54,057 nt of DNA from an uncultured Candidatus Saccharibacteria bacterium (lineage in GTDB: Bacteria; Patescibacteriota; Minisyncoccia; HO2-45-28). A program made the translations under genes and the position numbers. The stretch lies in NCBI GenBank assembly GCA_964574495.1, contig CAZNNT010000002.1:1-54057 (forward strand), written 5' to 3'. Shown one piece after another: positions 49,562-54,057 of the stretch. The stretch's first letter is position 1. The number at the start of each line of letters is the position of its first letter. The notes under the pieces are model-generated. The model saw only the letters and a program-made list of their open reading frames with translations. It made no database searches and was not told where the DNA came from.

Positions 49562-50773
49562 CTAAAAACCGGAAGATATTGAATAAAGCGGCTGAATCAT
49601 TGAAATAGCGAAAAATCCCACGAATATCCCGATGGCTATCATCAAAGCCGGCTCTATAATGGTTGAAAGAGATTTGGTGGATTCAGACACGTCTTCCTCG
49701 TAAAAAGACGCCAGTTTAAAAAGCATTTCCGAGAATTTTCCCGTTTCTTCTCCCACCGACATCATTTCCCCCACCAAAAGCGGAAACACGTCCCGATTTT
49801 CAATGAAGGCGCGCGACACCGGGTTTCCCTTCTGGATTTCTTCGCGGGCTAAATTCAAAACACGCTTGAATTTCGGAGAACGCACCACTCCCTCGGTGAT
49901 TTGCAGGGCTTCAACAATCTCAATGCCGGAGCTGACGAGCGATGAAAGCGTGCGGCTGACCCGCGCTGAGTTAATTTTTTTCATCAATCCCGAAATTACG
50001 GGCGTTTTTAAAAAGACGGCTGAAAAAAACTCTTTTCCTTTTTGAGACGAAGCGAGCATAACGGCCGCCGAAAAAACCGACAAGGCCGCAAGCAAAGTTA
50101 AAATCCAATGATTTATTATAAACGAGCTTACGCCCACCACGAGTTTAGTCGTGGCCGGAAGTTCAACACCCAATTCTTTAAAAGTGTCTATGAGAGTCGG
50201 CACCACATAGACCATCATTAAAATCCCTATAATCAGCATGGCTGCCAGAATTATCAGGGGATAAGCGAAAGCCCCTCTGACTTTGCGGCGTAAATCATAA
50301 TCGCGTTCAAGCTGCTGGGCTATAAGACGCAAGGCCTCTTCCAATTTGCCCGAGACCTCTCCGGCCTTGACCATGGAACGAAAAAGAGGAGAAAAAAATT
50401 TTGGGTAGTCCTCCATGGACTGACTGAGGGTTTGGCCCTTTTTTATGGCTTGGGCCAGTTTTTGAAGAGTGTCGCGCCAGACCGAATTTCCGGTTTGGCG
50501 CGAAAGAACATCCAGGCCCCTGATTAAAGACACCCCCGCTCCGGTCATAACTCCAAGATTTCTGGCGAACATCATTTTTTCCTGGATGGAAACGCGCCTT
50601 AAAATAGAAACGAATTTTAAAACGGACTCCTTTTTTGTTTCTTCTTTCTGGCCGATTAAAAAATAACCCTCCTTTTTTAAATTGGCAGCCAATTCGTATC
50701 GGTCCGCCGCCTCCCTGCGGCCTTCAATTTCGGCGCCGGAAAGATTCTTGGCTCTGAAATAAAATACGGGCAT
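49562..50773 (-). CDS. pilC: type IV pilus platform protein PilC (T2SS F family)
   Basis: 403 aa with two T2SSF repeats and three TM segments. Confidence 0.9.
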   Translation of the reverse strand: MPVFYFRAKNLSGAEIEGRREAADRYELAANLKKEGYFLIGQKEETKKESVLKFVSILRRVSIQEKMMFARNLGVMTGAGVSLIRGLDVLSRQTGNSVWRDTLQKLAQAIKKGQTLSQSMEDYPKFFSPLFRSMVKAGEVSGKLEEALRLIAQQLERDYDLRRKVRGAFAYPLIILAAMLIIGILMMVYVVPTLIDTFKELGVELPATTKLVVGVSSFIINHWILTLLAALSVFSAAVMLASSQKGKEFFSAVFLKTPVISGLMKKINSARVSRTLSSLVSSGIEIVEALQITEGVVRSPKFKRVLNLAREEIQKGNPVSRAFIENRDVFPLLVGEMMSVGEETGKFSEMLFKLASFYEEDVSESTKSLSTIIEPALMIAIGIFVGFFAISMIQPLYSISSGF

Positions 50774-50783
50774 GCGGATTCCT

Positions 50784-52535
50784 TTATTCGCTCGTTACTC
50801 TCATTATTTCTTCAAGCGAGGTGATGCCTTGCGTCGCTTTGATAATGCCGTCTTCAAACATGGTTACCATTCCTTCACGGCGCGCCTGATTTTCTATTTC
50901 ATCCGAGGTCGCGTGCTTCGTCGTCATCTCTTTTATGGTCTCCGTCATTTCCAAAACCTCATGAATGCCTATGCGGTCTTTATAGCCGTCGGGGCAATCG
51001 GCGCTCGGCGAAGGGCGATAAAACTTGATGTCTTTCCAATTGTCTTTGGGTTTAATCACTCTCCCTTTCCTTAGAATGTCCAGCAGCTTATCGGGGTCAA
51101 CGCCGTTGCCCAAAGAACGCACTTCATCAGCCGTAAGATTATACGGTTTGTCTTTTTTGCAAAGACGCCTGACGAGCCGCTGGGCTATGATGACATTCAC
51201 CGTTGAGGCGATAAGAAACGGTTCCACCTTCATTTCTAAAAGACGCGGAAGGGCGCCGGCCGCGGAATTGGTGTGCAAGGTTGACAATACCAAGTGCCCC
51301 GTCAAAGCGGCGTTTACTGCCAGAGAAGCCGTTTCGTTGTCTCTTATTTCTCCGACCATCAATATGTCCGGGTCCTGGCGCAGGAGCGATCTAAGGCCGT
51401 TGGCGAAAGAAAAGCCTATGTCCGGTTTGACTTGCGATTGGTTGATTCTGGGGATGCGATATTCTATCGGGTCTTCTATGGTTGAGATGTTAACGGCCGG
51501 AGTATTGAGTATTTCTATTACCGTATAAAGAGTCGTGGTTTTTCCGGAACCGGTGGGGCCCGTGGCCAGAATCATTCCCGTCGGTTTTCTTATGGCGCGC
51601 TCTATTCTTTCCAGCCCCTCGCCGCTGAATCCCAACTGCTCTAAAGTAAAGCCCTTAACGTTTTCGGGCAAAAGCCGCAAGACCGCTTTTTCGCCGTCAA
51701 AAACCGGCAAGACCGAGACGCGAAAAGAAACCTTGACTTCGGGAGTATCAACTCCGAAACGCCCGTCTTGCGCAAGACGATGCTCGTCCAGTTTTAAATT
51801 CGCCAGGACCTTGATGCGGGCGATTATGCCCGGAGCCACTTGCTTCGGAAGCATCATGGCGTCACGCAAAATGCCGTCAATGCGATAACGAATCAAAACC
51901 TCTTTTTCCGCCGGCTCCACGTGAATGTCCGAAGCGTGCTGGACTATGGCGTGACGCAGAAGGGTATCGACTATGCGAACCGTGGGAAGTTCTTCGGCTA
52001 TTTTTTTCAGGTTTTCTTCGCTGACCGATTCTTCGCCCGGAACTACGGAGAGTTTTATATCGCCCGCTTCTTTCTTAATGATGTCGCTGAATTCGGCTTC
52101 AAGCGTTTTTTGATATTGGCGCAGAACATTGTTGATTGAAGCGCGGCTGGTAAGGCGTATTTTTATTTTTAAATTGGCTTTCTTTTTTATAAAATCAATC
52201 GCGCCCAGATCGTCCGGGTCAAGCATGGCTACTTCAAGAGCGTCTCCGGTTTTTCTATAAGCGACAATGTTGTGGTCGCGGGCTATCGGCTCCGGTATTA
52301 TGGATAGGATTTTCGGGTCAATTTTTTCCTGCTCCAGATTCACAAACGGCACGCCTAAAATATAGGCGTGAAGCCGGTGTAAGTCGTCTTCCGAAATCTT
52401 GTTTTCTTCAACCAGGATTTCTTCCGCGCTTTTGTCCGTTTGCTCCGCTTTCTTCAGGGCATTTTCAAAATCGGCCTCGGAAACCAAATCGGCGTCCAGA
52501 AGAAAAAGCTTTAAACGCTCGGGATCCAATTTCAT
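50784..52535 (-). CDS. pilB: type IV pilus assembly ATPase PilB (GspE family)
   Basis: N-terminal GSPII_E_N-like domain, Walker A GPTGSGKTTT, Asp box, Walker B ILMVGEIRD, His box. Confidence 0.92.
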   Translation of the reverse strand: MKLDPERLKLFLLDADLVSEADFENALKKAEQTDKSAEEILVEENKISEDDLHRLHAYILGVPFVNLEQEKIDPKILSIIPEPIARDHNIVAYRKTGDALEVAMLDPDDLGAIDFIKKKANLKIKIRLTSRASINNVLRQYQKTLEAEFSDIIKKEAGDIKLSVVPGEESVSEENLKKIAEELPTVRIVDTLLRHAIVQHASDIHVEPAEKEVLIRYRIDGILRDAMMLPKQVAPGIIARIKVLANLKLDEHRLAQDGRFGVDTPEVKVSFRVSVLPVFDGEKAVLRLLPENVKGFTLEQLGFSGEGLERIERAIRKPTGMILATGPTGSGKTTTLYTVIEILNTPAVNISTIEDPIEYRIPRINQSQVKPDIGFSFANGLRSLLRQDPDILMVGEIRDNETASLAVNAALTGHLVLSTLHTNSAAGALPRLLEMKVEPFLIASTVNVIIAQRLVRRLCKKDKPYNLTADEVRSLGNGVDPDKLLDILRKGRVIKPKDNWKDIKFYRPSPSADCPDGYKDRIGIHEVLEMTETIKEMTTKHATSDEIENQARREGMVTMFEDGIIKATQGITSLEEIMRVTSE

Positions 52536-52538
52536 TTT

Positions 52539-52928
52539 TTATTTATGATTATATTTGTCCAAGGCCTCTTTTATTTTTTCAACAATCTCATCCAGAGAAT
52601 AATTGGTTTTAACCAAAAAGGACTTAGCCCCCATTTCCGTCATGCGATTAATATCCTGGCTCGATTCCAGATTGGTCAATACCATCACCGGTATTCGGGA
52701 TAAAACCGGGTCTGAAGAAAGCGCCTCCATAACTTCAAAACCGCTTTTTCTGGGCAGAATTATGTCAAGAACTATTAAATCGGGCCTATTTTGCTCTATG
52801 TTTCTTAAACCGGTCTCGCCGTCAATCGCGGAATATACTTCATAACCTCCCTCTGTAAGCGCCCGGGTTAAACTTTTAACCATCGCCGAATCGTCCTCAA
52901 GTATCGCTATTTTTTGTTTGATAGCCAT
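52539..52928 (-). CDS. single-domain response regulator (CheY-like receiver)
   Basis: ILEDD acidic pocket, phospho-acceptor Asp in LIVLDIILP, conserved Thr and Lys (LVKT). Confidence 0.9.
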   Translation of the reverse strand: MAIKQKIAILEDDSAMVKSLTRALTEGGYEVYSAIDGETGLRNIEQNRPDLIVLDIILPRKSGFEVMEALSSDPVLSRIPVMVLTNLESSQDINRMTEMGAKSFLVKTNYSLDEIVEKIKEALDKYNHK

Positions 52929-52945
52929 ATTTTTATAATTAATTT

Positions 52946-53905
52946 TTAAGCGCCGGAGTTTTTAAATTTGGGAAAAACGAACCAAAAAACGCTCCCTTGT
53001 TTATCTCCCGGCAAAAATCCGATTTTTCCTCCCTCCGCTTCAACAAAGGCCTTGGACAAAAAAAGCCCTATGCCCAAACCGCCCGACCTGTAGCGGTAAA
53101 TGTTATGCGAGCGGAAAAACTTTTCAAAAATATTTTTTCGCTCCTCAGCCGGCACGCCGGAACCGCGATCCGTTATGCGCCAGAAGATTCGTCCGGATTT
53201 TTCAAATATTTCTATTTCCACCTCGCCGCCCGCGGGGCTGTAATGCAGCGCGTTTTCCAAAAGATTGGTTATGACAAAACTTATTTTTTTGGGATCGGCC
53301 AAAATCACGGCTTCATTTTTAAAGTCCAGAACGATTTTCAGATTGGAGGCCCGGGCGTAAGAATCCAATTTTCCGGCAATATCTCGCGTAAGTTCTTTTA
53401 AGTCAACTTTCTGGAGGTCAAAATCAAGTGTTTTTTCCTCAACCCGGCGGACCTCGAGAAGATTATTGACAATATGTATCATTTTTTCATTCTGCTCCTT
53501 AATTGAGGAAACAATTGAATCGGATTCATCCGAGGTTTTTTCTGCCGGCGTGCCGGTTTTTAAAAGATCCAAAGACCATTTTATGGCCGATAAGGGCGAG
53601 CGAAGTTCGTGGGAGACGATGCTGACAAATTCCGACTTCAGCCGAGAGGCCTCAACGACATTTTCAAAGGATTTGATAACGACATGCCCCATCACGAAAA
53701 GAAAAGCCGAAATGACCAGCACTATTAAAGCGGCGATTTCCGGTTCGGCGTAATTTCGCGCCACTATATCGGTGGCTAAAATCGCGGTTATAATCACCAG
53801 CCCCATAATGATAAAAAGAAAGTGCGGACACTGCCAAAGCCCGACTCCGGAGGCGGCACATCTTTTTTTTACATTGAGCGAATCCAGCGCGCTTTTTCCG
53901 GACAT
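52946..53905 (-). CDS. membrane sensor histidine kinase
   Basis: Two TM segments, H box SHELRSPLSAI, N box NLLENALHY, G boxes DRGSGVP and GGLGIGL. Confidence 0.88.
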   Translation of the reverse strand: MSGKSALDSLNVKKRCAASGVGLWQCPHFLFIIMGLVIITAILATDIVARNYAEPEIAALIVLVISAFLFVMGHVVIKSFENVVEASRLKSEFVSIVSHELRSPLSAIKWSLDLLKTGTPAEKTSDESDSIVSSIKEQNEKMIHIVNNLLEVRRVEEKTLDFDLQKVDLKELTRDIAGKLDSYARASNLKIVLDFKNEAVILADPKKISFVITNLLENALHYSPAGGEVEIEIFEKSGRIFWRITDRGSGVPAEERKNIFEKFFRSHNIYRYRSGGLGIGLFLSKAFVEAEGGKIGFLPGDKQGSVFWFVFPKFKNSGA

Positions 53906-54057
53906 ATATTAAATATTAACATAAGGAGTTAGTTAGGCCACGCGCATTCCGGACGCAAAGCCGAGCAGATTGTCGTGTTCGGATAGCTTGCGCAGTCCTG
54001 CTCCAGATTAACTTGGTATTACCGGAAAAGTCGTGAGGCAGGACGAGCACGCAGGCA

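Overview
This 54-kb window is a moderately AT-rich bacterial fragment. By inference it resembles a small-genome, Patescibacteria/CPR-like organism: there are many short orphan genes, a type IV pilus locus, ComEC, and small nucleases next to tRNAs. Most of it is housekeeping: rsmA/ksgA, a PcrA/UvrD helicase, a LysM-M23 peptidase, ComM/YifB, iPGM, RNase Y, HU, PNPase, a NYN protein, S15, XerC/D-like recombinase, DksA/TraR and an ECF sigma factor. A long minus-strand type IV pilus operon (44.2-53.9 kb) carries its own histidine kinase and response regulator. I found five intact tRNA genes (Gly-UCC, Pro-UGG, Ala-CGC, Glu-UUC, Arg-UCU), no rRNA and no CRISPR array.

The most interesting region is an 11.3-kb block at about 30.0-41.3 kb with richer G/C-ending codon use. 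It sits between the ComEC competence-domain gene and the ComEC-type metallo-beta-lactamase gene. It encodes two substrate-binding-protein/OmpA fusions, a vWA lipoprotein, an orphan ARC/Mpa-type AAA+ ATPase, an XpaC-like 2-TM protein, a TelA-like protein, and a NitT/TauT-type ABC importer whose binding protein is paralogous to the fusion proteins. I do not recognise this combination as a described system.

Other notable signals:
- a tRNA-Ala gene nested inside the anticodon region of a second tRNA-Ala-like gene;
- a REP-associated tyrosine transposase bracketed by its own 23-nt palindromes, with copies embedded in-frame in coding genes;
- a second 21-nt palindrome family and period-7 repeat tracts inside ksgA and xerC;
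- tRNA-Glu-derived scars;
- three unrelated small nucleases physically coupled to tRNA genes;
- a low-GC P-loop kinase/PP-loop ATPase fusion coupled to a frameshifted XRE gene;
- several high-GC3 single-gene orphan cassettes.

All calls come from reading the sequence and ORF translations. No database search or numerical composition analysis was run.
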